This document shows positions 9,865 to 22,679 of a stretch of 64,000 nt of DNA, one piece after another. The notes below the pieces were generated by a model. It made no database searches. It had not been told where the DNA came from and saw only the letters and a program-made list of their open reading frames with translations. Position numbers and translations under genes: made by a program. The stretch lies in NCBI RefSeq assembly GCF_963921235.1, contig NC_086097.1, positions 171,246,001-171,310,000 of the forward strand. The letters are read 5' to 3'. Every line of letters starts with the position of its first letter. Position 1 is the first letter of the stretch. Origin of the DNA: Mobula hypostoma (taxonomy: Eukaryota).

Positions 9865-12800
9865 GCTGCTGCCTGGCTTGCTGAGTTCCTCCAGCATTTT
9901 GTGTGTGTTGCTAATGCCTGTTTAATCACCCTCTGAGTGACTTTGTCTTCTGCCAGTCATATCCATCTTTGTTCTGCACTGATGTTCTCCATCGCTGTTT
10001 CTGTTGTCTCTTTGCTGAACTTTCCTTAACTTCCATAGGAGGACCAGCAAAGTTCAACAGATATACAGTAGATGCAGTGTATCCTGACTGGTTGAATCAC
10101 CACCTGGTGTGGAGGCTCCACTGCAATGGGTCACAAGAGGCTGCAAGGGGGTTGTAGAGTTAGCCAGCTCCATCACAGACACAGCCCTCCCCACCATCGA
10201 GGGCATCTTCCGAAGGCAGTGCCTCAAGAAGGAGACATTCATCATGAAGGATCATCACTGTCCAGAACATGTCCTTTTAAGACCATAAGACCGTAAGATG
10301 TAGGAGCAGAATTAGGCTATTTGGCCCATCGAGTTTGCTCCACCCTTTCATCATGGCTAATACACTTTCCCTCTCAGCCCCAATCTCATGCATTCTCCCT
10401 GTATTCCTTCATGCCCTAATCGATAACGAATCTATCAACCTCTGCTTTATGTATACCCAATGAATTGGCCTCTTCAGCCACTTGTGGCAACAAATTCCAT
10501 AGATTCACCACTCTCTGGCTAAAGAAATTCTTCCTAATCTCCATTCTAAAATGACTCTCCTCTAATTTGAGACTGTGTCCTCTAGTCTTAGACTCCCCTA
10601 CCATGGGAAACATCCTCTCCGCAGCCATTCTGTCAAAGCCATTCAATAATCAATAGGTTTCAATGAGGTTACCCCTCATTCTTTTGAATTCCAGTGAGTA
10701 CAGGCCAGAGACATCAAACAGTCTTCATAAGACAAGCCTTTCAAGCCCAAAATTATTTTTGTGAACCTCCTTTGAAACCTCTCCAATGTCGACATATCCT
10801 TTCTTAGATAAGGGGCACAAAACTCATCACAATACTCCAAGGGAGGTTTCTGCAGTGCCTTTTAAAGCCTCAGTATTACATCTTTGTGTTTATATTCTAG
10901 TCCTCTTGAAATGAATGATAATACCACATTTACCTTCCTCACCACCAACTCAACCTGCAAATTACCTTTTAGAAAATCCTGCACAAGGCCTCCCAAGTCC
11001 CTATGCATCTCAAATTTTTGAAATTTCTCTCCGTTTATTTCTTCTACCAAATTGTGTGACCATACATTTCCTGACACTGTATTCCATCTGCCACTTCTTT
11101 GCCAATTCTCCCAATCTGTCTAAGTACTTCCGTAGCCTCTCTATTTCCTCAAGACTACCTGCCCCTCCATTTATTTTCATTTCATCTGCAAATTGTGCCA
11201 CAAAGACATCAGTTCAGTCATCCAAGTCATTGACAAATAACACAAAAAGAATCAGTCCCAACACAGACCTGTGTGGAACACCACTAGTCACCAGCAGCCA
11301 ATCACAAAAGGCTCGCTTTATTCTCACGCTTTGACTCCTGCCGATCAGTCACTGCTTTATCCATTCTTGAATCTTTCCTGTAATACCATGGGCTCTTAAC
11401 TTGTTAAGCAGCTTCAAGTGTGGCATCTTGTCAAAAGCTTTCTCCGATTCTCCTGTGTCTATCCTGCTTGTTATTTCTTTAAAGAATCCCATCAGATTTG
11501 TCAGGCAAGATTTTCCCTTGAGGAGTCCATGATGACTACAGTGTATCCAACTACCCTGAAACAACATCCTTAACAATCGACTCCAACATTTTCCCAATCA
11601 CTGAGATAGACTAACTGACCTATTAATTTCCTTTCTTCTGCCTCTCTCCCTTCTTGAAGAGTGGAATGACCTTTGCAATTTTCCATTCCTCCGAAATCAT
11701 GCCAGAATCAATTGATCCTTGAAAGATCATTACTAATGCTCCATAATATCTTCAGCAACCTTTTTCAAACCCTGGTGTGTAAACTATCTGGTACAGGTGA
11801 CTTATCTACTTTCAGACCACTCAGTTTTCCAAGACGCTTCTCCCAAGTAATGGCAACTTCACACATGTCTGCCTACTGACACACTCAAACCTATGGCATA
11901 CTGCTCATGTCTTCATGTCTTTGTACTACACCTGTCCCTACACCTCCTGTCTTGCCACCATTCAGAGCCCCAGGCAGTCCTTCCAGGTGAGGCAACACTT
12001 CACTTGTGAGTCTGTTGGTGTCATCTATTGCATCCGGTGCTCCCAGTGTGGCTTCCTCTACATCGGTGAAACCCGACGCAGATTGGGGGACTGCTTCTTC
12101 GAGCACCTCCGCTCCATCCTCCAGAACAGACAGGATCTCCCAGTTGCCACCCACTTCAATTCTGCTTCACATTCCCATTCAGATATATCCATACATGGCC
12201 TCCTCTACTGCCATGATGAGGCTAAACTCAGGTTGGAGGAGCAACACCTCATATACCGTCTAGGTAGTCTCTAGCCACTTGGTATGAATGTAGAATTCTC
12301 CAACTTCCGGTAATTCCCTCCCCCTCCCTTCCCCTATCCCTATGTCACTCTGCCCCCTCCCCCAGCTGCCTATCACTTCCCTCATGGTTCCGCCTCCTTC
12401 TACTACCCATTGTGTTTTCCCCTATTCCTTCTTCACCTTTCCTGCCTATCACCTCCCGGCTTCCCTTCCCCCACCCCTTTATCTTTCCCCTTACTGGTTT
12501 TTCACCTGGAACCTACCAGCCTTCTCCTTCCCACCCTCCCCCCACCTTCTTTATAGGGCCTCTGTCCCTTCCCTCTACAGTCCTGACAAAGGGTTCTGGC
12601 CTGAAACGTTGATTGATCGTTTCCAAGGATGCTGCCCTTGAGTTCCTCCAGTGTGTTGTGAGTGTTGCTCATGTCTTCCGTAGTGAAGACTGATGCAAAA
12701 TACTTATTCAGTTCTTCTGCCATTTCTGTGTCCCCCAATACTACCTCTCCAGTGTCATTATTTTAGTGGTCTGATATTCACTCTCACCTCTCTTTTACAC

Positions 12801-14765
12801 TTCATGTATCTGAAGAAACTTTTGATATTCTCTATAATATTATTGGCTAGCTTACCTTTGTATTCCATCTTTTCCCTCTTAATCGCCTTTTTAATTTTAG
12901 TTTTTTAGTTGCCTTCTGTTAGTATTTAAAGTCTTCCCAGTCCTCTAACTTCCCATTATTTTGTGCATTATTATATACCCTCGCTTTGGCTTTTATGGTG
13001 GCTCTTGTTAGCCATGGTTGTGTCATCTTGCCTTTTGAATACTACTTCCTCTTTGGGATGTATATACCCTGTGCCTTCCAAATTGTTTCCGGAAATTCCA
13101 GCCATTGCTGCTCTGCCGTAATCCCTGCCAGTGTTCTTTTCCAATCAACTCTGGCCAACTCCTCTTTCGTGCCTCTGTAATTCCCTTTATTCCACTGTAA
13201 TACTGACACCTCTCACTTCAGTCTCTCCTTCTCAAATTGCATGGCGAATTCTTTCATATTATGATCACTTCTTCCCTAAGGGTTCTTTTACCTTAAATGT
13301 TCAAATCAATTCTGGTTCATTGCATATCGCCTAATTCAGAATAAATGATCCGCTAATGGTCTCAGCCAAGAACTGCTCTAAAAAGCCAACTCGTAGGCAT
13401 TCTAGAAATTCCCCTGGTTGGGATCCAGCACCAACCTGGTTTTCCCAATCTACCTGCATACTGAAATTCCCGCATGACTATTGTAAATTTGCCTTTATGG
13501 CAAGCATTTTCAATCTCCCACTGTAATTTGTAGACCACATCCTTACGACTGTTTGGGAGTCTGTATATAACTCCTATCAGAGTATTTTTACCCTTGCAGT
13601 TCTTAACTTTACCCACAACAATTCAACACCTTCTGACCCTAAGTCACCTCTTTCTATTGATTTTATTTAATTTTTCACCAACAGAGCCACACCACACACT
13701 CTGCCAACCTGGCTGTCCTTTCAATACAATGTGTATTCTTGGACATTAAGCTCCCAGCTATAATCTTTATTCAGCCACAAATTCATTGATTCCCACAACA
13801 TCATACATACCAGTCTGCAACTATGCTACAGGTTCATCTACCTTATTCCATATACAGCGCGCATTCAAATATAACAGCTACATTCCTGTATTCAACCTGT
13901 TCGATTTTGTCCACCTTTTACATTGCAACTCATTCTGTTGACTGCCCTTTTACCCTGTCAGCAGCCTCACTACGCATTGCCTGTTAGTAAACCAAATACC
14001 TCATCTCAGCACTATCACTCTGCTTCCCATCCCCCTGCCATATTTGTTTAAACCCTCCTGAACAACTCTAGCAAACCTGCCTGCAAGGGTATTGGTCCCC
14101 TTCAAGTTCAGGTGTAACCAGTCCCTTTTGTACAGGCTGTACCTTCTCCAGAAGAAATCCCAATGATTCATAAATCTGAACCCCTGCTCCCTGTACCAGT
14201 TCCTCGGCCACACATACATCTGCTAAATTATTCTAGTGTTACCCTCACTGGTACTTGGCACATTCAGCAATCCAGAAATTACTACCCTGGAGGTCCTGTT
14301 TTTCAGTTTTCTATATGGCTCCTTAAAATTTCTCTTCAGAATCTCTGCACTTTTTCTACCTATGTCATTGGTGCCAATATGTACTAAGACTACTAGCTGT
14401 TCACCCTATCCCTTTAGAATGCCATAGACTCAACCCAAGACATGCCTGACCCTGGAACTTAAGAAGGAAAATACCAACTGGGTGTCTCTGTCTTGCCCAC
14501 AGAATCTCATCTTTTCCTCTGACTATGGAATTTCCCACCACTGCTGTCCTCTCCACCTCTCTCCTCTTTTGAGCCACAACACCGGACTCAGTGCCAGAGA
14601 CCTGATCACTGCGGCTCCCCCAGTACTTCATCCCCCACAACAGTGTCTAAAGTGGTATACTTATTATTGAGGGGAACAGCCACAGGCTATGCATTTCTCA
14701 TTCTCCCATATGAGCTGAAGATCATCGAGCTGCAGCTCCAGTTCCATGACACATTCTCTGAGGAG
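9865..14765 (+). repeat. Tandem duplication, unit 2
   Basis: Near-identical to unit 1; the one difference I noticed is a 1-bp T insertion at ~11623; AAT spacer at 9862-9864. Confidence 0.97.
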
Positions 14766-15060
14766 CAGCAGAAGTCTTCCAGAATTGCCACATCTTACAC
14801 ACAGTATCACACACTGCCCCCGGAGCCATTCTCTCTACACTACTATCCTCTAACAGATGAGGGATGATGGATTAAGAACAAAGAGAAACACTTACCAGAT
14901 GCTTTACCTCAACCAAGCCTGATGAGCCGAAGCCACTCTAAACACTGATCTACTCACTACTCTGCTTGCCCTGGAGTTACGTTTATTCACCCTTTCTAAT
15001 GAATCCCACTCGGTGACTGGTTGCAGTCCAACTCCGAAGAACTGCCGCCAAGTTCTGCTT
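10279..15060 (-). mobile_element. Second copy of the CR1 LINE, keeping its 5' region beyond the duplication end
   Basis: Duplicate of 5376-9861; continues past 14765 into sequence resembling the CR1 5' end at 61550-61900. Confidence 0.85.
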
Positions 15061-15099
15061 TTTTAATCTTGAGTGTGGACCTGATTGAAAAGGTAGTTC

Positions 15100-15350
15100 T
15101 CATTATTAACATCGGGGAGGAGGTACTGAAGCCTGAAGACCCACACCCATTGTCTACGGACAGCTTTTTCCAATCTGCCATCAAATTTCTTAATGGTCCA
15201 TGAGCACTACCTAGCTATTAATCATTTGCACTATTTATTAGTTTATTTTGTTTGTAACATATTAATTTTTATGCCTTGCACTGTACTGCTGCCACAAAAC
15301 AACAAATTTCATGACATATATCAATGATAATAAACTTAGTTCTGATTCTC
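15100..15350 (+). mobile_element. Rex1/Babar 3' end fragment
   Basis: tcggggaggaggtactgaagcctgaagacccacacc...gacagctttttcc...gctgccacaaaacaacaaatttcatgac. Confidence 0.65.
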
Positions 15351-15519
15351 ATTCTCAAGTTCCATTCACTTCTCAGCAGTTGTGCCCTGTACCTGACAAT
15401 GAGGCAATGAAGTGCATACGACCGGCCTTCCACCAACGGGAACAGGCACAAAACTTGTCCATTTGAGTGATGTGGGTTTTCTAGTCTGTCTTCACCTCTG
15501 CTCATTGTTTTCTACAATA

Positions 15520-16005
15520 TTCCACCTGGGTAGCTCCAACTTGATGGCATGAACAGTAATTTCACCAACTTCCTGTAATTTTTCCCCTCCCCCACTGTTT
15601 GTTTATTCCCCACTCCGGCCCCTTCTTAGCTCTTTTCTTCTCCTTACCTGCCTATCCTGGTACCCCTCCTCCTTCCCTTTCTGTCATGGTCCACTCTCCT
15701 CTCATATCAGACTCCTTTTCTGGTCCTTTACCTTTTCCATCTATCATCTTCCAGCTTCTTCCTTCATTCCCCCCATCTCCACCATCCACCCAGCTTCAAC
15801 CATCACCTTTTAGCTTGTAGTCCTGCCTCTTGCCCCAGCTTTTTATTCTGGCGTCTTGCCCCTTCTTTTCCAGTCCCGATGAAAGCTTTTAGTCCGAATC
15901 ATCAACTCTTTTATTCATTTCCATAGATGCTGCATGACCTGCTGAGTTCCTCCAGCACTTTATGTATGTTGTTCTTGATTTCCAGCATCTGCAGAATCTC
16001 TTGTG
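15520..16005 (+). mobile_element. Penelope 3' tail/pLTR fragment
   Basis: ctgggtagctccaacttgatggcatgaac (end of GIY-YIG), C/T-rich tail, degenerate hammerhead ~15872-15907, ccagcatctgcag end. Confidence 0.75.
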
Positions 16006-17400
16006 TTTTTTTTTAATAGTAAGCTGGCAACTTTTAAAACTCCCCCTAGGCATCAAGAAGTTTTCTAGCAAAATAGTTACTGGCAACAAACCCAAAGTAG
16101 TTCTGCGGATTCGGCAAAAAAAATAGGTTGGTTTCAAAATTAGGTCACAATAATTAGGAGCATAAATTAAGTGCTGCTTTTCTAACTTTGCAATAATGAC
16201 TGTTATTCAATAGTATTTAATTGGCTGCCTGAATTTTTGAGATGTAAGAGGCACTAAGCAGAACGTTTATTCTCACTGACATATGTCATGAAATTCAATG
16301 TTTTGTGCAGCAACACAGTGGAAAACATTTTAAAAATTACTGTCATTTACAATGTCCTATTGTTTACTTAGATCAATACTTAACTTTTAAGATAGCGTTT
16401 CAGATTTCTGGGTCACTGAGATCGCTACTGGGAAGGTTTGAACTGTACAAAAAAGGTGAGCCATATCTTAACTTGGGGGCCCCAATATTCTTGTGGGTAA
16501 GTTTTCTAGAGCTGTTGGGGAGGGTTTAAACTAATTTGGCAGAGGGATGGGAACTGGAGTGATAGGGTTGAAGATGGGGCAGTTAGTGTACAAGTTAATG
16601 GATTATGTATTGAGACTGAGGAAGGACAGGCAGATCATGGGGCAAAATTGCAGTCAGTGGGATGAGTTCTATGAAATTCTATGAAACACCATGGGGGGAA
16701 AACAAAAAGGGTGGTAAATACAGTACTAAAGATGTTACATTTGAATGGATGCAGTATATGGAATATAATAGATGATCCTGTGGTGCATTTAGAGATGGGC
16801 AGCTACGACACATGGACATCACTGCGTCATGACTAAAATAACATCATAATTGGGAGCTTAACGTCCAAGGATACACATTGTATTGAATGGACAGGCAGGT
16901 AGCTCTGTTGGTAGAGAATTAATCAAATCCTTTGAAAGAGGTGATGTAAGATCAGAAGATGTGGAAGCTTTGTGGGCAGAGTTAAGAAACTGCAAGGGTA
17001 AAGAGACTCTGATGAGAGTTAGTTATACAGACCTCTGAACCGTAGTCAGGGTGTGAGATGTAAATTAAAATGGGATATAGAAAATGTATGTAATAAAGGC
17101 AGTGTTACAATAGCCATGGGGATTTCAATATGCAGACAGATTGAGAAAATCTGGGTGGTGCTGGATCCCAAGAAGGGAAATTTGTAGAATGTCTGAGCTA
17201 GAGCGGTTTGTGGTTGAACCCACTACGGGAAAGGTATTTCTGGATTGGATGTTCTGTAAGGAACACAATTTTATTAGGGAGCTTAAGGTAAAGGACCCTC
17301 AGGTGTCAGTGATTGTAATATAATAGTATTCACACTACAGCTTAAGAGGGAGAAGCTAAAGTCAGATGTATCAGTATTACAGTGGAGTAAAGGGAATTAT

Positions 17401-18677
17401 GCCTTTGCAATTCGCCTACCGAAGCAACAGATCAATGGCAGATGCCATCTCTCTGGCCCTACTTTCCTCTTTAGAACACCTGGAGAATAAAGACGCATAT
17501 GTAAGGCTCCTTTTCATTGACTACAGCTCTGTCTTTAATACCATCATTCCAAATAAACTGATTCCTAAGCTCTGGAACCTGGGTCTTAGCACTCAGATCT
17601 GCAGCTGGATCTTCAACTTCCTCACAGACAGGACCCAGGCTCTAAAAATAGGGGACAAGCTCTCCTCTACAATAAATCTGAGCACCGGTGCCCCACAAGG
17701 CTGTGTACTCAGCCCCCTGCTGTACTCACTGTACACCCATGATTGTGTAGCCAAGTTTCCATCGAACTCAATATACAAGTTTGCTGATGACACCACAATT
17801 GTAGGCCGTATCTCGGGTAATGGTGAGTTTGAGTACAGAGAGGAAATTAAGAACCTGGTGGCATGGTGTGAAGACAATAACCTATCCCTCGACATCGGCA
17901 AGATGAAGGAATTGGTTGTTGACTTCAGAAGGATTAGTGGACTGCACGACCCCATTTACATCGGTGATGCGCAAGTGAAACAGGTCAAAAGCTTTAAGTT
18001 CCTCAGGGTCAATATCACAAATGACCTGACTTGGTCCAACCAAGCAGAGTCCACTGCCAAGAAGGCCCACCAGTGCCTTTACTTCCTGAGAAAGCTAAAG
18101 AAATTTGGCCTGTCCCCTAAAACCTTCACTAATTTTTATAGATGCACCGTAGAAAGCATTCTTCTAGGGTGCATCACAACCTGGCATGGAAATTGTCCTG
18201 TCCAAGACTGGAAGAAACTGCAGAAGATCGTGAACACAGCCCAGCACATCACACAAACCAATCTTCCATCCTTGGACTCACTTTACACTGCACGCTGTCG
18301 GAGCAGTGCTGCCAGGATAATCAAGGACACGACCCACCCAGCCAACACACTTTTTGTCCCTCTTCCCTCTGGGAGAAGGTTCAGAAGTTTGAAGACTCGT
18401 ACAGCCAGATTTGGGAACAGCTTCTTTCCAACTGTGATAAGATTGCTGAATGGTTCCTGACCCGGATCTGGGCTGTACTCTCCAAATATCCGGACCTGCC
18501 TCTCGGTTTTTTTGCACTACCTTACTTTCCCTTTTCAATTTTCTATTCATGATTTATAATTTAAATTTTTACTATTTACTATCGATTTGTATTCCAGGGA
18601 GCGCGAAGCGCAGAATCAAATATCGCTGTGATGATTGTACGCTCTAGTATCAATTGTTTGGCCACAATAAAGTAAAG
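17401..18677 (+). mobile_element. Young 5'-truncated Rex1/Babar LINE with an uninterrupted RT frame
   Basis: ORF to 18460: [58 protein letters not shown] and (GTAAA)n tail; CR1 resumes at tacagaggc. Confidence 0.93.
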
Positions 18678-20188
18678 TACAGAGGCTTGAAAGAGAAGCT
18701 GGCTAAAGTTACTTGGAAGAGGACACTAGCAGGGCTGATGACAAAACAGCAATAGCTGGAGTTTCAGTGGGGGGGGGGGCAATTTGGAAGGCTCAGGATA
18801 GATCACCCTAAAGATGAAGATGTATTTTAAAGGGAGGATGAAGCAAATGCGGCTGATAAAGGAAGACAAAAGCGAAAGAGAGGGTATATAATGTAGCAAA
18901 AGTTAATCAGAAGTTAGATGATTGGGAAACTTTAAAAAAAACAATGGAAGGCAACTAAAAACGCCATAAGGAGAGAAAAGATTAAATATGAAGGAAAGCT
19001 AGCCGATAATATTAAAGAGGGTACAAAAAAAGTATTTTCAGATGCATAAAGAATAAAAGAAAGGCAAGAGTGAATATTGGATCGCTGAAAAATGACACTG
19101 GAGAGGTAGTAATGGGAACAAAGAAATAGTGGATGAACACAGTAGGTATTTTGCATCAGTTTTCACTGCGTTGTGTCAGAAATTTGAGAGTGTCAGGGGG
19201 CAGAAGTGAGTGTACTTGCTAGTACTAAGGAGAAGGTGCTTGGGAAGCTGAATGCTGAAGGTGGATAAGAACTGCACCGTGGAGTTCTGAAGGAGGTAGC
19301 TGCAGAGATTGTGGAAGCATTAGTAATGACCTTTCAAGAATCATTAGAAGATTCTGGAATGGTCCTGGAGCACTGGAAAGCTTCAAATGTCACTCCACCC
19401 TTTAAGAAGAGGAAAACAGAAGAAAATAAATTCTAGGCCAGTTAACCTGACCAGTAGTTGAGAAGGTGTTAGAGTCATTTGATAAGGAAGATGTTTTGGG
19501 GTACTTGGATGCACATAATAAAATAGGCCAAGTCAGCATTGTTTCCTTCCAAGGAAATATTACCTGACAAATTGATTGGAAATCTTTGAGAAAATAACAA
19601 GCAGGCTAGACAAGGGAGAGTCAGTGGATGTTGTGTTCATTGATTTTTAGAAAGCCTTTGATAAGGTGCCGCACGTAAGTTTGCTCATGAAGCTGAGAGC
19701 CCATGGTATTACTGCACAGACAGAAGATTAGCTGACTGGTAGGAGGCAAAGATTGGGAATAAAGGGGGCCTTTTCTGATTGGCTACTGGTCACTAGTGGT
19801 GTTTAGCATGGGTCAGTGTTGGGACTGCTTCTTTTCATATTATACAATTTAGATGACGGACTTGACGACTTTGTGGCCAAGTTTGCAGGTAATTCTGAGG
19901 TTATGGAGGGGCAGAGAGGATTAAGGAAGCATGGAGTCTGCAGGCAGACTTAGCCAAATTAGAAGAATGGGTAAAGAAGTGGCAGATGGAATATAGTGTA
20001 GGGAAATATATGGTCATGTACTTTGGTAAAAGGAATAGACTATCTTTGTCATAGACTGTTTTCTAAATGGGGAGAAAATTCAAAAATCTGAGCTGCAAAA
20101 GGACTTGGGAGACGTCATGTAGGATTTCCTGAAAGTTAACTTGTAGGTTGAGTCTGAGGTAAGGAAGTCAAATGTAATGTTAACATTT

Positions 20189-21690
20189 CTTGTTACTTGT
20201 TACATATACCTGTCACGGTGCATTCTCCAGATACTTTATAAGGTAACCGTAGCCTTCAACCAGGAGCAGATGTCATCAGGTGGTTCCCAACCTTCACAGA
20301 GTGTTTCGACCCTTAACCACAACAATCTCCAGTTGGTGGGCTGGCAGTGGTGGCCAAATCACTACCCATCTGCTCCTGGCTTCCAGCTTCCCTCCTCTCA
20401 CCTACTCCAAATCCAACAAGAGGCTCGTTCTGCCTCTTCCCCCATCCTACGAGCTGCTTGTTTTTGCTCCTTTTGTCCAGGCCCAGAGCTGACAACAACC
20501 ACCATGCTGATTTGGATTGGAAACCTCTGCAGCCGATCTCCACAGGGAACAACCATGCCTGCCATCCCTTGTCTTTACACTCCTGCACTAAGGGCTGGTA
20601 CTTCAAGGCCTTTCTCTCGTGGGCCTCTTCCCATCCCTCCTCCCACGGCACAGTCAGCTCAACCAAATTTACTTTCTTGTCTTCAGCTGACCACAGTACA
20701 ATGTCCGGGCATAGGGTTGTGTGCACCACATACGGGAACTGCAACCTCTTTCCCACATCGACCCTCATCTCCAGGATCTGGCCATTAGCAGCAGATTGGG
20801 CTTTGGTTGTTTGGTTACAAGAGGCCTGGCTCCCTCTTTGATGAAGGTGATGGCCTTCCTCAAATCTGTGCCAGCCGTCCTCTTCTTGCATCTCTCCCGC
20901 TCTAGTGTGTCAGCAAGAGCCAGAAGCACCTTATCATAGTGCCACCTATACCGTCCTTGAGTTAGAGCTATTTTACACCCGGACAGTATATGAGCCCTTT
21001 TGATCACAGAGCTTACAGTTTGGGTCCTCTCTCATCCCCCGCGTGTACAGATGTAATGGTGAAGGAAGGGTGTCATACACGGATTGCAAGAGGAAGGAAA
21101 TACAGAAGGGCTCCAGTCTCCATAACTCTGCCCATGAGATCTTGCACTTGGGAAGATTCCATTTTGTCCAGGTACCCTGGGACCCTTGTTCCACTGCCTT
21201 TGACATCCGCTTCTCTTCCTCACGGATCCGTACTTCTGCCTGTACCATGTCTCGCCTATTCCTCATGCTTGTGTTTCCCCATTGCTGGAAGTGAACTGAG
21301 CTGAGGCCTTGCCGCCCGACGATGATATCTCACAGCTTCAGAGAACGTACTGTCTGCTCCACAGCTGCGTTGGCTGCCCATTTGCACCCAGATGTGGTTG
21401 TAATGCCTGCTTGCTTTACCAAGCCATCATTGGAATCTCTCAAGCTTAATAAGGCTCTGCATTTTGCTACCTTGAATTCCTCCACAACAGATGATGGGGA
21501 AGTTGCAGTTGCCCAGATCGAATGTAGAGGCCCACTGAAGAGAAGCTTGGGGGAACTCCCAACCATCTCCGCAGGTGCTTGTTGGTTTTCCTCTCGATGC
21601 CCTCTACGGCAGTCATGGGGAACTCATAAAGTGTGAAGAGCCAGAGAAGCCTGGGCAGAATGCCGTATTGGCACAGCCTGGTCTTGAACT
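20189..21690 (-). mobile_element. HERO/NeSL-type (R2-group) non-LTR element, 5'-truncated, with restriction-like endonuclease
   Basis: GILPRLLWLFTLYEFP..LRRWLGVP; CKLCDQKG..HILSGC..QGRYRWHYDKVL (CCHC knuckle plus RHN-like motif); PDIVLWS..LVELTVPWEEG..AHERKALKY (PD-E-K nuclease); several frameshifts. Confidence 0.85.
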
Positions 21691-21974
21691 TAGAGTACTA
21701 GAATATAAAAGCAAGAATGTAATGCTGAGGCTTTATAAGGCACTGGTCAGACTGCTCTTGGAGTATTGGGAGCAGGTTTCGGTCACTTATCCATGAAAAA
21801 ATGTGTTGACATTTTACAGTGTCCAGAGGAGGTTCAGAAGAATGATTCTGGAAATGAAAAGGTTAATGTTTGAGGAGCATTTGATGGCTCAGGCTCTGTA
21901 CTCTCTGGAGTTCAGGAGAATGAGTGGGGAATCTGATTGAAACCTATCACATATTGAAAGGCCCAGATAGACTG

Positions 21975-22342
21975 ACGGGTGGCAGGATGGGGATATATTT
22001 CTACCAAAGGATGTGTAAGGCATTCCTCCCTTCCGCTAGCCTGTGGGTCACCCTTGGGCAAGATGTTGCTTAGCCTCCTGATCAGGGTCACAGTAAGCCA
22101 TGGGAGCAGGTGGGGAATGAACTGCTCGTACACATCGCAAGTCTTGGTTATGCGACCGCTGACATCAGGCAGATAATCTCTGAAGAGTTTTGATAATATA
22201 TGGGGTTACACATCTTGTAAAGATACGGTCCAAAAGAAGGCAATGGCAAATCACTTCTGCAGAGAAAAATTGCCAAGGACAATCATGGTCACTAGACCAT
22301 GATCGCCTATGTCTTTCAACGCGGCATATAATGATGGTGATG
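21975..22342 (+). mobile_element. Short RTE-tail-like SINE or non-autonomous element
   Basis: Flanked by AGATAGACTG (21965-21974) and AGATTGACTG (22343-22352); ends in a (TGA)n-like tail; gaaggcaatggcaaatcacttc resembles RTE/BovB-type 3' ends. Confidence 0.6.
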
Positions 22343-22679
22343 AGATTGACTGGAAGTGGAGAGGATGTTTCCCTGTAGTGGTGGAGTCTAGAACCAGAAA
22401 GTACAGCCTCTGAATAAAGGAACTTCTATTTAGAACGGAGATCAGGTGGAGTTACTTTAGCCGGAGGTTGTTTTATCTGTGGAATTCATTGCCACAGACA
22501 GCTGTAGAGGCCAAGTCATTGCATATGCTTAAAGCAGAGATTGCTAGTTTCTTGATTGGTGAATGTGTCAAAGGTTATGAAGAGAAGGCAGGAGAATGGA
22601 TTTGAGAGGGATAATTAATCAGCCATGATGGAATGGCCGAGTAGACTCGAAAGGCCAAATCACCCAATTCTGCTCTAAT

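Noticed and set aside
14915..14940. CTGATGAG..GAAG as a hammerhead
   Set aside because: No GAAA core or flanking stems; it sits in the CR1 5' region.
17366..17400. ATG-initiated N-terminus of the 364-aa RT ORF
   Set aside because: These codons are flanking CR1 DNA that happens to be in frame with the truncated Rex1.
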